From NCBI GenBank assembly GCA_964187785.1, contig OZ076409.1, positions 49,354,001-49,418,000 on the forward strand: a stretch of DNA of 64,000 nucleotides, given 5' to 3'. Under the pieces are notes generated by a model. The model saw only the letters and a list, made by a program, of their open reading frames with translations, was not told the DNA's origin and made no database searches. This document shows, piece by piece, positions 1 to 14,574 of this stretch (position 1 is its first letter; every line of letters starts with the position of its first letter). The position numbers and the translations under genes were made by a program. This DNA comes from Amphiscolops sp. MND2022. Taxonomy: Eukaryota.

Positions 1-28
1 ACTTTTGCCGTAGTATTTAGATAGATAC

Positions 29-253
29 CTGCGATCTAATAATTTCGGCGGCCCGATGTTCAGAGAGAAGCTTGATTTCGTTTCTCAGTTCCGTAAGGAT
101 CGATTGAGCTTGTGACGTGTATTGGGGATGTTGTGCTTCCTTTCGCTGTGAATCAGGAGAGCCTTTTTGAAGAGATGTCAATTTGGAGTTGAGGTTGGCA
201 CCAAAATCACTAGTGTCTCCCCAGGGGTTGTAAAAACCACCAAAAACGTTGTC
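29..253 (-). CDS. Probable internal exon of an unidentified host gene (75 codons, DNVFGGFYNPWGD...AEIIRSQ)
   Basis: Minus strand: ttttaAG acceptor, 225-nt open frame, CAG|GTATCT donor; phase 0-0, compatible with the exons at 5819-6013 and 22432-22866. Confidence 0.55.
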
Positions 254-361
254 CTTAAAATGACAAAAGAAGTGAAACTAGCTATATTTATTGTCTTGAA
301 CACTTTAATCCTAGCATTGTCTACAGAAAAACAGTTGTCATTTTGCAAGTGGAGGAATCCT

Positions 362-3300
362 TGTTATTTTCTGCCCATATTTCATATGGCAAAAAGAAAA
401 ATATTTGAATCCAACGGGGTTTTTTTACAAAATTTGTCAAGCACAAAATTTATATCCAAGCTAAAGGGTTTCACCCATTGAATTCAAGTGACGTAAAATT
501 AGTATCATGCGGTATGTTTTTTAGAGACTTTTGGACTTTTTTGGTCGACCCAAAGGCCCCAGAATGACCCAAAAATGACCTTAAAAATAGTGAAACCTGC
601 AAAATATTCCTATTTTATCCGTTTTAAATCAATATTTGTCGAATTATCTATAGATTTCGTGGCTTAGAACGTTGAAAACGTTCAAAAGCGAAACAGTTCG
701 TTATCCAAGAGGCATTTTTGAAGAAACGAAGGTAGCTTTTGAATGAAAAAATGCCTCAAATTGCGACCGAAGCTGAAAAAAATTCCAAAAATTCAAATTT
801 TCACCGTTCTAATGCAATTTTTGTCAAATTTTCGATACACTTGCTAGCGTAGGAAGTTGAACGCGTTCAACAAGGAAGCAATTCGTTGTCCAAGAGGCTT
901 CTTCGGAGAGATAAGTGCAATTTGATTTGAAAAAAAATACTAAAATGAGGTTCGAAACAACCCCAAGGAACCGGAATGAAAAGTTGAAACTTTTAAACGA
1001 TTTTGTGCACAGTCTGTGAAATTTTCGAAACGTTTCGAGGGTTAGAATAACAGAATGGTTCAACAGCAAGTTGATATCCAGTTGCCTTTCGTGGGAGGTA
1101 TTTGCTAATTTGTGTTTGGAAGTGTCTCAAGTGACTCAAAATGAACCAAAAATTGTATAAAATATCGAAAGTTTCTTTTTTTTCGATTTTAGCAATTGTT
1201 GGTGAAAGTTTCGTTGAACTGAAGGGTTTTAAAGCTCTAGACGATTTACCAAGCTATGCACTACGCATTTTGAAGGAGAATTTTGTAGTTCTTCAGATAA
1301 CATTATCTCAGAATCACCCAAAATTGTCAAAAATCCAAAACCTTCCAAAAAACGATATTTGTTGGAATTTTTGTACATTAGAAGAACGAAAATATTCAAC
1401 AGCAAACAAACGCAGAAAAGAGTATACTTTTTGAAAACCAATGGCAGTTTCATGCTAGAAAAGAGCCCCACAAAGACCCCAGCATTACCAAAAATCAACA
1501 GTTTTGACGTTTTTGATCCACTTTTTTCGAAACTTTGGAAAATTTCGTAAATTAGAACTTTGAAAATTTGAATTGACTTTTGAATAAACTGTTGTTCAGT
1601 AAATGTTTTGAAAAAATAAATGCGACTTATCATATGAAATATGCCTCGATATGCCCCAAATTGTTTGTCGTTTTTTCTGCAGTATGTGTACAGTTTCTGA
1701 AAGTTTTTGTGGCTGAGAAAGTTCTAAACACTCAAAAAGGAACAAACTAGCCATGCAGTATGCTATTTTGATTAGAGCGTTTCAGTATTTTGCTTCCAAA
1801 ACACTTCAAAAGTGACCCTTACGAGTTGGAAATTCAAAAATCCAAATTCAACGGTTCTTATTCAATTCTTATTCAAAATTGTGATTTTTTTATGTTTCTA
1901 GAAGCCGAGCAAGAAACTGACAAGGCTTGCAACCCCTACTTGCAGACAAGACAATCAGTGACCATCGATAGTAAATATAGTCTTTCAATTTTTCACGAAA
2001 GTCATTGGAGGAGTCAATCCATGTTCACTAATTTGCTTATTTGAAAACGAAATAGCGTAATAATGAGGCCTGCTCTTTTTGGGCAAAGAAAACTAACAAG
2101 ACGCCCGCTGAACAGCGAGCTGTTTTCCGCCCCAAACTGTTCTACAACTAAATAAACTTGAGGCTCAAGAACAGCCAATTCACAATAAAATCGCAAAGAA
2201 GTTCGAAGCAAGGAAAGCTTTGATTCATTTGGTCAAAGATTGCCCCCTTGCTTTGATAGTTGATTTCGGCTTGATAAAAGTAGTTTAGTGAGCTGGAATC
2301 TCGTTTCGCCATCAAGGAACTTCACCTGAAAAAAATCAAAAACTGAATTTTTTGCGATTCCTGTTGGGCAAAAAGTGGTTTCTAATTCTCAGGCGTATGT
2401 CTTGAGATAATTTTTGGTACTGAGAACATAGTTAAAGCTTGAAACTAGGTGCTTTGCAAGTTCAAAAAGCGAATCCCGGTTTGATACATTCATACATATA
2501 ATTTCACCAGAAAGTTCAAAAATTGGAAATAGTTTTGACAAGCTTGGGGTCAATTTGAGGAATTTTTTAAACATGAATATACAGATGTCTCTTCAAAACA
2601 GGCCGACTGCACCACACCTAGTTTAGTTGTTGTTGATTTTTCTCGTAGCTCCAAACAATTCCCTTTGGTAGGTGTACTACATCTCTAGTGATTTTGCTAA
2701 TAGCTTATTGAAGATTAAATATTTGACAAACAATTTCGAAATTTACGTTTTCAAGTTAAGGTTTTCAAAGGTGTGCATTTAAACTTGTCTGATATCTTTT
2801 CGAAACCCTACCGGTAGCTACACGCTTCAATCGTGATCCTATGGTGTTTGTGATTGAAGTAAATTTTCGGAAAGGGTCCAAAATTGGGACTATGTTTTCG
2901 AAAATAAAGAAATTCGTAAACTTTGACACTTTTGTTGTAAACTAAATGAACTTCATCCCATTTTTTCCTCATTTGCGTTTTGAATACCCTATTGTTTTAA
3001 CGCTCATGTCATTGGAAAATCTTTTCTTCAAAAACGTTTGTGGTTTGAACAAAAACGGTGTTTTAGTTTGTCAAACAACATGCTTTTTTACTTTTTTGTT
3101 TCATAGATTTTGGGTGTTTTTGAGCCAATTCCAACAAAACCATGCAGTTATCTCTTCAAAATTGCCTATTGGAGATTCCCGGAGATTCCCAATTAGTCAT
3201 TGTTGAGTTTTTTACACCATTTTTTGCAAGGAAGTCGCTCAAAACTTGTACGAAAAATAGCCTAACTTTGTAAAAAAAATTGAAAGTTCTCAGTTTTTCC

Positions 3301-5313
3301 TATATTTCGGTCATTTTGAGGAAACTTTCTATCATAAATTTTTGAAAACGCTCATCGGACCTAGTTTTATCATTTAAAACTTTTTGAAGCGTTTAGTCAA
3401 CCGAAACTTTCCAATCTCAAACAAAAACTTTTTAAAAATGTCGGAAATCGACAATGATTTTGACGTTTTTGAATTTTTGCGGTCAATTTTGAGCCAATCT
3501 CCAACCGAAGTCTGCAAATATTCGATTTAAAGCCTACTGGTTTATGCGTTTAGTTTTTGTTGAGCGTTTGCCAACATTCTGACTCAAAAAGGATTCGAAA
3601 AGTATAAAAGTTGCACAATAACGACGATGTTGAAAATTTTAGACACCTTTGGAATCAGTCTGAAGTGTTTTTGAAGCAAAACGCTGCAACGGTCTCTTCA
3701 CAAAAAGTAATCCAAAGCTCGTTTTTTCAATGTTACGTTATTTGTGTTAGAACTTCCAACAAAATCTTTTGGGAAAAGAACAGAAATTGAATTAAAAACG
3801 ACAAAAACTTCAACTTTTCTGACAGGTCAGGGTCAATTTGAAGCATTTTTCTTTCACAAGTTCACTTATCTCGTGACGAAAGGTCACCGATACAAAATGT
3901 TTGCCCTTGTTTTAGGCGTTTGAACCTTCTAGTCCAGGAAGTCTATCGATATTTTGACATAAGTTGAACAAAAATAGTGAAAATCGGAAAGTTTTCGAAA
4001 TTTTGTCTTTTTTGATGTCAATTCTGGACAATTTCGTTTAAAAAACTGCATTTATCTCTTTTTAAGGAATACTGGACAACACGTGCGTTTCTTGTTGACC
4101 TTTTGCAATGCTCCAGTTGATGAAGTCTGTCGAAAATTTGGAAAAAATGCATAAAATCTTTGAAAATGAAAAATCTTTGGATTTTTTTGTCATTTTCTTT
4201 GTCAATTTGAGACATTTTCATTCAGAATATTGCCTTTATCTCTTCGTAAAAGCCTACTGGAGAACCAATTTGTTTCCTTGTTGACCATTTCAATCTACGA
4301 ATGTTGTCAAAATTTTAAGAAAAAATGCAAAAAAATCTATTTAAAATTGGAAATTTTTGTTTTCTTTTTGTCATTTTCGGTGTCAATTTAAGACATTTTC
4401 TGATGAAAAACTGCATTAAACTCTTCAAAAAAGCCCACTGGACAACCAACTTTTTCCTTGTTCACCCCTCAAAACATTCCAATCCACAAAGTCTGTTGAA
4501 ACTTTAACAAAAAATTGCTAAAAACTTAGAAAATTAAAAGTTTTGGGGTTTTTGTCATTTTCGGTGTTAATTTGAAACATTTTCATTTAAAACTGCAATT
4601 AACTGTTCGGAAAAGCAAACTGGAAAACACACTTTTGCTTTGTTGACCCTTTTAAACGTTCTATTCCACAAAGTCCGTCGAGAATTCGGGGAAAATGCAT
4701 AAACTCTTTGAAAATTGGAAAACTTCGGGATTTTTGTCTTTTTCGGTGTCAATTTGAGATAAACAGCCATTATATTTTCGGAAAAGCCTACTGGACAAGG
4801 AATTAGGACCATGTTGAGCATTTTCAATATTTTAATTTGCGAATTCTATCGCAAATTTGACAAAAATTGCATAAAATCGTTAAAAATTGCAAAATTTTTG
4901 TTTTTTTGCCATTTTTGGGTCTTTTTCTTTAAAAAAAAACCGCAATTATCTATTCATAAACGACTACTGGACACCAAATTCTTGCCTTGTTGGACCTTTT
5001 CAAATTTTAATTTTCATTCTATTTCACGGCATCTATCGAAAATTTGACAAACAGTACAATAAATGTATAAAATTGAAAATTTTTGCGGTTTTTACTATTT
5101 TTGGGGTCATTCTGGGGTCCTTGGGGTCAACTAAAAAAATCCAGAAATGTCCACAAATACAAATCGCACGAAGCTAAAATTATGTGAGTTGAATTCTATG
5201 GGTAACACCCTTAAAGTTGAATATAAATTTGGTGCTTGGCAAATTTTGTAAATAAAAAACCGTTTGATTTAAATATTTTTCTTTCCCATATGAAATATGG
5301 GCGGAAATTAATA
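362..5313. mobile_element. ~5-kb non-autonomous foldback-type DNA element with long, imperfect terminal inverted repeats
   Basis: ~365-600 (ttttctgcccatatttcatatgg...ggccccagaatgacccaaaaat) is the imperfect reverse complement of ~5075-5310 (ttttggggtcattctggggtcc...ccatatgaaatatgggcggaaa). No coding capacity seen inside. Ends approximate; no TSD resolved. Confidence 0.65.
3950..5090 (+). repeat. Degenerate tandem array (~120-bp period) inside the foldback element
   Basis: Recurrent motifs ttttgtcattttcggtgtcaattt / aaaagcctactggac / cttgttgacc at roughly 120-bp spacing. More degenerate opposite-strand copies occur at ~600-1500. Confidence 0.6.
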
Positions 5314-5818
5314 AATATTCGTCAGTGGGCCATCGAAGGATAACCAGTGGGGTTGAGATGTAACATTCAAGACCATAGTTTGGGTGTTCTGAGATCTCAA
5401 TCAAATTAAAGGTCTGGAAAAGGACATTCCACTGGATGCTATTTCAACTGGATTACTTTCATGGGTTTTTGGAATTTTTGACAATAGTTTATCTTCGGTA
5501 TAATTGACTATTTCTTCAACTTGTTTGAGCTCTTGTCTCTTGTTGTTAGTCAGTACTACTCTGAATTTTGTTCAAATTAAGAGGAAGGATGTAAATTGAT
5601 CTATAGATCCGGAAAATTACTTGGAACCATGAGCGAACTTCGATAATGCCATGGATTACCTATGGAAATCTTCCGTTGTTATATGCACGATTTAGGTAGT
5701 TAATCTTATTTGGAGCCTCGTAAAATCTCGACTGATTGATTTTAATGCTGCTATTTATCTACATTCAATTACAACAAGCTATAAAAGTGCTTTGACATTA
5801 ATTTGTTTACAGCCTTAC

Positions 5819-6013
5819 CATTTCAAACTCAATGAGCTGCTCGTCTTTGTTTTTGGACTTCTTGGCTCGTTTTTTGTCCGGCTGAAATTCGAGGAACTCT
5901 GGAAATGTAAGCATGGAGCTGCTTCCAAAGTCTAGTTTCCTGTTAGAACTAGAGAACCCAGATCCAGACAAAGACCCAGACGCATGTTTCTCAGTTTCTT
6001 CATCTGGCTTTCC
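5819..6013 (-). CDS. Probable internal exon of the host gene (65 codons, GKPDEETEKH...LIEFEM)
   Basis: ttatctttgcAG acceptor and ATG|GTAAGG donor flank a 195-nt open frame (within ORF 5807..6034); phase 0-0. Confidence 0.6.
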
Positions 6014-6845
6014 CTGCAAAGATAACCAACACAAATTAGATTCAAAAATAAAAAATACATTATTTATATTAAATTATGCTAAAGTTAATTAAAACTTTGG
6101 ATTTTGTTGAGAGGTTTGGGAGAAGGTTGAACTCGGATATCCAAAATAATGAAGGGCCGGGCTGGCTACGTTTCTCAATTTTATGGCTACTTGTAGAAAA
6201 GACAAATTTGTTGTTATGAGGCCGAGTCAACAATTAGCGCCTTTGAAGAAATTAATTGGGAAAAGAAAATATACAGACAAAAGCGACCTTTTGACAAGAA
6301 TAACATTGTTGGAAGAGAATAACATTCTTGTCAAGAACTGTTGGAATCAAAAGTTTTCTAGTTTCAGTGAAAACAAGTTTGGGTCGACGGGTTTGCTTGT
6401 ATAATATACAGCTGGCGACTGTTCAAGTTGGCGGCCGTTAGGAGTCAAAAATTCTAATCTAGAGTTACTTTCGACATAAACAAGACGCTGTCAGCTGCGG
6501 GAATCTCGTAAACAACAGCTTTTGTCTTGCTGCCCGGTATTGTCTAAATATCTTCCGCTACATTTCTTGCAGTGGACAAATACACTATCGCCCATACTCT
6601 ATTCAAAATAACCCCTAGGGAAATCACCCGCTTTCATCAATACTCAACAGTTTTCTGCGTTTTTATCAAATGAGCCCAAATTTCGCAGATTATATCGATG
6701 ACTTCCTGTAGAAATAGTTTCTGCTCGTTCAGACTGAAGAGTCCAAGACGAAAACTCCGACTTTATTCTCAAAAACTGCTGACACAGTTCCAAGCGCCTC
6801 ATAAATATTTGAATGGCCTCTTGGAATAAGCCATCAAAATCAGTA

Positions 6846-7302
6846 ACAAGACGGGAACGTCTCTAGTCGGCGCTATATCTAAGGCTCAAAAAGCGCAAAA
6901 CATTTTTTTTTGGAAAAAAACTTGAAATTTTCGAAAAAAAAATTTCTTTCGGAAAATGTCGCACAGTGCCGAAAAATGTAAAAGGGGGGACCCTTTTTGA
7001 TTTATAAACACGCATTCTGTAGCAAAATAACAAAAAACTCAAAGGGGGGACCCTTTGGGGACATTAAAAAAATTCGAAAAAAAGTCTCACAGTGCCGAAA
7101 AAAATCGAAAGGGGGGGGGAACTTTAGTCCCGTCCGGGCTTGTAGGTAACGTTTAAAAAGTAAATGAATGCGCTCCCCGTTTGCCTTTAGCGGTCCAGTA
7201 GTTTAGTACTGTATTTAGTAGTTGAACGTTAATTTTAACGTTCGTCGCTTCGAATCTGTCTTGAATAAAAAAAAAGAAAGAAAAAAAAGCGCCGACTAAA
7301 AA
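6846..7302 (-). mobile_element. Helentron-associated interspersed element (HINE/DINE-1-like)
   Basis: Subterminal inverted repeat agtcggcgct/agcgccgact. On the minus strand the 3' subTIR is followed by the hairpin agacg-ttcc-cgtct and ttgt. Near-identical to 52519-53005. Confidence 0.65.
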
Positions 7303-7659
7303 TAGTGTTACTCATCGCTAAAACAAATTAAGAAACCTTCATACGTACCAGCTTACGATGGAAAACTGCTGGTTAAAATGCGTAAAATATTTCCCGATTG
7401 AGTTATCCCAAAGTGAGAAAGAGTTTCAAAATCAAACCTGGCAAATTATTGAAAATGTGTGAATTGAAATTTGGTTTTGAAATAAGTGAATTTACTGTGA
7501 AGTGTTCTTGACTGAAGCGCTTTTGTCTGGAACAATTTCGCATGTATAGTAACCGACTTTCAATCGTACTCGCTGCAAAACAGCCCACCCACATGAAGGT
7601 GAGAATACAGGTGAGAAGTCAAGAATGTTCTAAGTTGGCAGCAGATTGAATAAGCGTTC

Positions 7660-8400
7660 TCATTAATATTCGTTTTCCATTCTTTTCGTAAAAACTGGTT
7701 TAGGCTTTCTTCATTGGAACTCCTGACATCCTGATTCCGGCGTAATAGTATGTTGAGATTCCAAATTTTTTCGCGAAAATCAGCTTTGTTCTTCTCGGAC
7801 ACATTTTCTCAAAGTAATGCTCAAGAATCTTCCAAACATTTTCAATCGGCGTGAGGTCTCGAGAATTTGCAGGCCATTGTGATATCTGCAAATTGTTATC
7901 ATCACTTAGTGACACGCGCCATCCTGCTTCATTATCCAGTCTTCGAGCAAAGTGTTGGCGTAAGGAATAAATTCGCTGATCATACAGCAATAACGTGAAC
8001 TATTAATTGTACCTTCCAATGTTCTAAGATGAAAACCTTCATGGGGGAAGGCGCCCCATGCCATAATTTTCCCGGTGAACTTCCTAATTTTTGTGTTCTT
8101 CGTACTGTTTGTGTTCTGGGCCATTTCTTTTTGCTTGCTCATTGTTAACAAACGCGGTCAATTCAAAGGAATGAGCAAGAGCAATTCCACTTAATGCCCT
8201 TCGATCATTACTGTCGTCACTCCGACGTTGTCCCTTTACAATCTCCATGCTGTCATCTAGGCTTTCACCGTTCTGTAGAGGCAGAAAGTTTTGGATGCGC
8301 TATCCAAATTCAAGGTGTCTCAATTGTTGTCGCGATCTTTTTATTTTGGGCCTGGAAGCGTAAACGGGGCCTTTCAGCGAAAAAATATTGAAATAGTGTT
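7660..8400 (-). pseudogene. Degraded Tc1/mariner transposase fragment
   Basis: Frameshifted ORFs carry Tc1-type motifs MAWGAF, INSSRY, QDGACH and WPANSRDLTPIENVW (cf. the SPDLNPIENxW motif). Confidence 0.8.
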
Positions 8401-11400
8401 CTAGTGTCCCCCAAATATCTCAATGGGGTGAATTTTGGGCTATGAAGTGCTTTTTCTAAACAAAAACAATTTGACCCTTCAGTGAAGTGTTTTTTGTGAA
8501 ACCGCAGAGTGTCTAAAACCCAATTTGGTATATTTCCTTTCTGTGAATGATGCTAAAGTTTGAAAAACTTAAAATCAGGATACTTTCTTCAGATCTCTCA
8601 AGATCTGGAGACAAAAAATGTACAAAAGTGGACCCTTCAAACACAAAGAAAGAAATCCGATAAAAAACAAACAAGTAGTTTCGTAAACTCTTAAAACACA
8701 AACAATTCTGAAGGGAACATTACAGGGTAAAGAAAAGACAAAAAAGTATCACGACAACGCGATTATGTGTTTTGTTTTGTTCAAGGAGGCCGCAGAGTGC
8801 CCGAATTATCCAAAGGTGTGACACTTTAGGCTTGAAGTACGCGTTTTTCAAACTGAGAACAGCTTTAAAACAGAAGTAGCGGACTTCTAGTGAAAAGTAA
8901 AGGTTGAGCAGACAGTCGCACATAGTCAAAAAAGGTCCTAATTTTGAGAAAGTCTCGTCAGTCACGCTGTGGTCGCTTCTAATAAAAAAAGTCGCATTTG
9001 ATACTCGGAATTTTTTTTCGTTACCAGAAAACCTCCAAAAATCAAGCGCCTTGTTTCTGTTGAAATCAAAGAACGCCCTTCGAAATCAACATTTTAGAAA
9101 AAATTGACTAGGGTCGAAAAAACTTCAAAGGGGTACTCTTCAGTCTTTTCGCATCTTTGCAAGCATAAATTTTTTTTCCTAGCGCGGGATTTGAGCCCAC
9201 ACAGAGGAGGGACTCACTCACCGCGAATAGAAAGCTCATTAGCGAAATTCAATTTTTCTATCAAATATTTTTGAGTTAAATAAAAAAGTTTTGAGTTTTT
9301 TTCAATTTTAACTCTTTTTTTTTCTTATTCTATGGTAGACACCCTTTTGGTCTTTCAAAAAAATCTGGTCTAAGACTTTTATCTCAGAACTCAACTTAGT
9401 TAAGTCGGAAATGATTTTAATTCCGACAAAACCATTCACCGAGTACCATTTTCGTTTAATTTGGAATTCGTTGATTATGGTTAAGGGTTTGTTTAAAAAG
9501 AACACAAAACAAGCTTTTTGTTTTTAATTTTCCATTTTCACTTAAAAAGTTTATCTTTTGGCATTTAATTTTTTTTGTCAAATGCATAGCCCAAGTAGAT
9601 AAAAATTCAAATTTTTCCTGTCCCATAGTGTATGATGTTGAAATATCGAATGCACTGGTTAAACATAGAACTGAAATGAGCGCTGGTAATCATTACTACG
9701 GTGGTGAAAAATAGGGCGGAGAAAATAAATTGAATGAAAGCTGAAATGTGTCAAAAGAATGAAGTTAACTTTTTTACATGACATGGCTCTTTGTTAAATG
9801 ACATTAGACGTGGTTATTTCAGATCTTCAACTAAGTTTTGGTAAAGCTTTCACTGCTCATGTCATGAGAAAAACGTTTCATACTGAAGAAGAGAATAATT
9901 TCCCTGAATTTCAATTTTGTTGTCACTTATCAGACGAATAATTGACCAAACGTGGGGTTAATACCAATATTGTGAAAATTTTTAACTATCTTGAAAGTAT
10001 TTCTTGAAGTTATTCTTTCAGAAAGTGAAGTTTTAAAGAGAACACGTGCGAATGCTAGCGCCCAATTATCAAGTAGACCGAAAAAACGCTTTTACTGATC
10101 ATTGCAAACGACACACTCATCAATACTAGAAGAATAATTTACACCCAGTTTTGTGATGCAGGAACTTGTGGACATTATATAGATAGTTTATGAAAAAAAT
10201 CGCGATACTATTATTTCAGAACATGAACACCCGAGTGATTTTTACTGCAAGAAAATTGATTTTTTTTCAGTGGTTTAAAGAAATAACTATTCTTCACTAT
10301 TGACGCTGTACTAAATCAAATTAGATCGAAACAATAACCAAAGATTATAGCCCAATGCAAGTTTCTGACATTATAATTGTTCCTGGTATTATAAGTATGG
10401 AATGGAATTATCAAACATTAAAATCCAACATTCAACTTCTATCAAAAGATGAACATTCTTCCGCATTCTTCAAAGAACTCAAAGCAGATTTATGGAGAAC
10501 GAAAAACTTGAAGTAATGCAACCTTTTGTTGAAAACCTGTTTTGTTCACATTTTCCTAATATGCAAGAAATACGACGCAGATTTCTGGCATAGTATTTAT
10601 GCAACAAATAATTTCAAACAGGACTCCAAATAGACACCACACATGAACAAAACCTACCTTTGCGACATTTCGATTGATTTTAGACCTTAACTTTTGAAAC
10701 GAACTTATGTTGGACAAAAATGAGCAGCTATGAATACTCAAGCCTAATGAAACATATTCTTAGAAACACAAATCGATCAATGTTATGAGATATTTCATGC
10801 ATGTTTTTGTCTCAATATTTTGAAAGAACTTGCATGTGCTCTGCATTCTCAGTTCTCGAGCGTGTAAATGACCAAAACGTTTTTCGCATGCTTAGATGGA
10901 TATGACAACTGATTTTGGGGCTGCGAAGCGCAAATGATCTGGGAAGAACAATATTGTTGCGACCTAAATTCTCGCTTGAAGTAACCTTTTGAAATAACCC
11001 AACTGAAATATCCTTTTGAACTCTTGCTAGTAAATATTTAGAAAATTGTTAATACTCTCAGCTGAGGAACAATCCGACTTTTTTATTGTGACTTCCTCGG
11101 AAAATATTCTCAAAATATGGTGAAAGTCGAGAATTATGGAATTGATTTTGTCAATCAATTGAACAATGAAATTTTCACAGAAAATGGTGATTATCAATGT
11201 TTTTGATTACAGGTGTAATTATAACACATATAGTTTGTTTCTAAATTTTGGATTTAAATTTTGATCCCTATTTGAAGACATTATGTTTATGCACCAAATA
11301 GTATTAGATTGCATTACTTTATGAAACTTTTAGATTACATGTAAAATCGTAGCTGGTTTTATGACGCAGCCTTTTCCCTCGTCAACGTTTCGTTCCTCTA

Positions 11401-14068
11401 TTCAGAGAAATGTGCGTGTTGGATTGTACATGATCTAAATAAACTCTATGTTAATGAAAATAGCAAATGCATTGCGAGATCTTGCAACGCAACCCGGATT
11501 GGAGTTTCCATGCACGTCCAAACATTCTATGATCAATAAAATGCCAAACGTTTCCATGCATAGAACCACTTTGTTTCATGCATGGAAACTCTGAAACCAC
11601 ATGATTTTTAATGGAGTTTTTTTTTTCGGAATAATCAATATTTACGTAGCATCGGGCATTGTCGTTTCGTTGTTGTGATTATTGGAAGAAGTTGTAGCAT
11701 ATTGCAATTAAACAAAATTGTATGAATTATGCCATGGTCCGATGCATAGAAATCATTGTATTGAACCATATGGTTCTATGCAAAGAATCAAAACTTGCCT
11801 CGGATACAGGAATACCACAACCTTACAAAACACTTGCAAAAATCTTGCAAGAAATGCCTCCAACTGCAAGAACACACCTAGCACAATGGAAAACATTCAT
11901 CAATTAGGTTGGCTTCTGAAAAGCGAAAATAGGCGTGTCGGAACGGCTGTTGGATTCTGTTGATACTACATGAAATCCGTTCCATTCTCTAATGTTACAG
12001 AGAATATTTTCAATAAGCGACAAAACAATATTCGTTAACTTGCCAATTTGCCTATTCATGTTTGAGAATCTCTGTTCTATCCGATTGCGGTCGTAATGTC
12101 AATCACGGTTCAATATATAGCCGTTATCAAATTCAATCATTTGGTCTCTAGGGAGTACCTGAGAAACGCTATGATCACTTTCACTGTCGCTCATGTACTC
12201 GGATTCAATGGAACTGTTTCTGTAGGATTGTGATCTGGTTACTACCATATGAACAAAACGATAAGGTATTGAGGGTTTATTGGTAATAGGTTTGGCTAAG
12301 AGGTAAGATTTTTATGTAAGATTTTCATAAGTTTACAGTGTATGATGGCAACTATCAGTCGTGGTACCAAAAGTTGTAATGTATCTTTGCTGGTATCGAC
12401 GCTTTAGTGATTACAGCGTCTTATCACTCACTAGTACCAGCCAATAAGATGGCGCGTACTAAAAGGTAATAAATAGCACCATTTACAATTCCGGGTGAAA
12501 AGGACGACTGCGTATTCTTGTTGTCTTGGCAAGTAATTACATCGATTATCTTGATGATGTACAAACTTTGACTGCACTCCTCAGTCATTAAAACACATCA
12601 TCATGAGATTACTAATCTGGGTTGAAAGGTACGACTGCATGTTTTGGTCGTCATGGCGACTTTGTACCAATATTGCTATCAAGGATATACATTATGACTG
12701 TGAGCATCGGTAATGAAATAAATGTTTGCAAGTTGAGATCAGATGGGTTAATAAGTGAAAAAATAAAAACTGAATGATTATCCCAGTCCTACATGTGTGA
12801 TGCCAAATTATTGAAGGAGTACATGAACTCTGGATATCAACTTGTTGGGTGGACAATGAAGATCATTGTTATGAATGTTCGCATGTATATTTAAATGACT
12901 TGGTATGGTAAGCATCAGAATAGTAGGTAATCGATGGTTGAAAAAATGCACTGACGACTATCTATTCCCGTCGTGTTTACATTTATGTTAATGTAGAATA
13001 GCGAAATGGTGAAAGGTGAATGGTAGTGATACTAAAATGTAACTACATGACATAAGCGATGATTTACATGTAATGGCTTGTATTCTCAATCATGTATTTA
13101 CAGTGGTATTTTATGTTATTTATGTTAATACAGTTTGAAGTTATTCCTTGTGCTCTCTATTATGCCATTCAGGCATGACAAGGCCCCTGAGGTCACAGTA
13201 ATAATTTGACTTTCAGGTTTTTATGTTCATTATTAGATGAATTGAATCAAAAGAATCTGGCATAAGAATACAATCCTGTTAAATCGTTATACAGCGCACC
13301 ATTAAACACTGTACGGTATTCAATTCTTCCTGGACCAGAGAAAATATAACTTCTAAGCAGAGATAAAGTTTCTTATTAGCATTTGAATGCAACCTAAGCT
13401 CTCGGCGAACGAATATTTAACACCCATTCGCTTCATCTGAATGACTCAGCGTACGAAAGCATAGTTACGAACACTTGCTCGTTTCATCCGAATGAATTCG
13501 GCGTACGAATGCATAATTAACACTCGCTTGTTTGATCGCACGAGAAATGAATTGTCGTCGGAACTACTGAACCAAGTTTTTCAGTAGTTACACGGAATCA
13601 CGAACAAAAGTTGTCTGGAAAAAAGTTTTTTTTTTCAGATATATCTATATTTTTCCTGCTATCGCATAAAAATAAAAGTATAATTTTCAGGCTCTGAAAA
13701 TTCCGATGTTTCAATTTTGTTCCCCTCATACATCTCAAAACTACACCAACGTGATTTCGGTGTTTTCAATTTCTTCATTTTTCCTCCCAAGAGACGGAAA
13801 AAAGTCCCTGTGGGGCTTCGTAAGTTTTCTGCTACAGGCTATAATCAACTTTTACTTCAATGTTTAATGAAAAAACATATACAAACATATATGAAATAAC
13901 TGCACCACCATATTAATTCACTGTACCACTTTACACCGCTGATGATTCTCCATAATATCTATTGTGATAGTTCACACTGCATTCGATTACAAAAAGATTG
14001 ACACTAGATTGAGCAGTCACTTTTCTCTTCCAATAGCAAAACATATTCTTTTGTTGGTTAAATCTTGT

Positions 14069-14307
14069 TGTTGTAATCTCGGTCTATTACGGTAAAAAGG
14101 TTCTTTATCTAAGATGATAAATTCGTATCTTCTTCAGTAACTAATCTATGGTATCAATCTCAAGTACAATGGTCAATGATCTATTGTACAACACAAAATA
14201 TAGTAAACTCAAATTGACAGTAATTAGAGTTTTATGTTTAACAACAATAGTATGCTCTCTGTCTAGGTTCGTAGTTTTGAAGGTCATGATATCTACATGA
14301 TATCACA
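14069..14307 (-). repeat. 3' LTR of element 1
   Basis: Direct repeat of 19789-20027 (3 mismatches counted by eye); adjacent PPT GAAGAGGGGGGAA at 14308-14320 on the minus strand. Confidence 0.95.
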
Positions 14308-14574
14308 TTCCCCCCTCTTCGGAGTTGTCCAATGGGGGTTTGTTGTAGTGCCCGTATGGTACGGATTTCTTCGTTGTTTTTCCGCATTGGACGGTCATTC
14401 TCCGTCTCATTTCTCTCCGCTGTTTCCGCTGTTGTTTCCTGTAATAAATTACCGTGGTTAGTTAATATTTTCTTATTGTTACTAATGTGGTACGGTATCC
14501 CGCCTAATTTTTCGGTTTGTTTTGCAAAAGGTAGTCTATTGGATCTTCTGACCGGTTCTATCGGTTTTTCTGTT

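Noticed and set aside
9700..11200. Possible decayed transposase or other pseudogene
   Set aside because: Composition looks coding-like but I could not recover any recognisable motif or sustained frame.
13732..13831. Possible additional host exon on the minus strand
   Set aside because: Splice-like ends exist, but the phases do not fit the other candidate exons, so support is insufficient.
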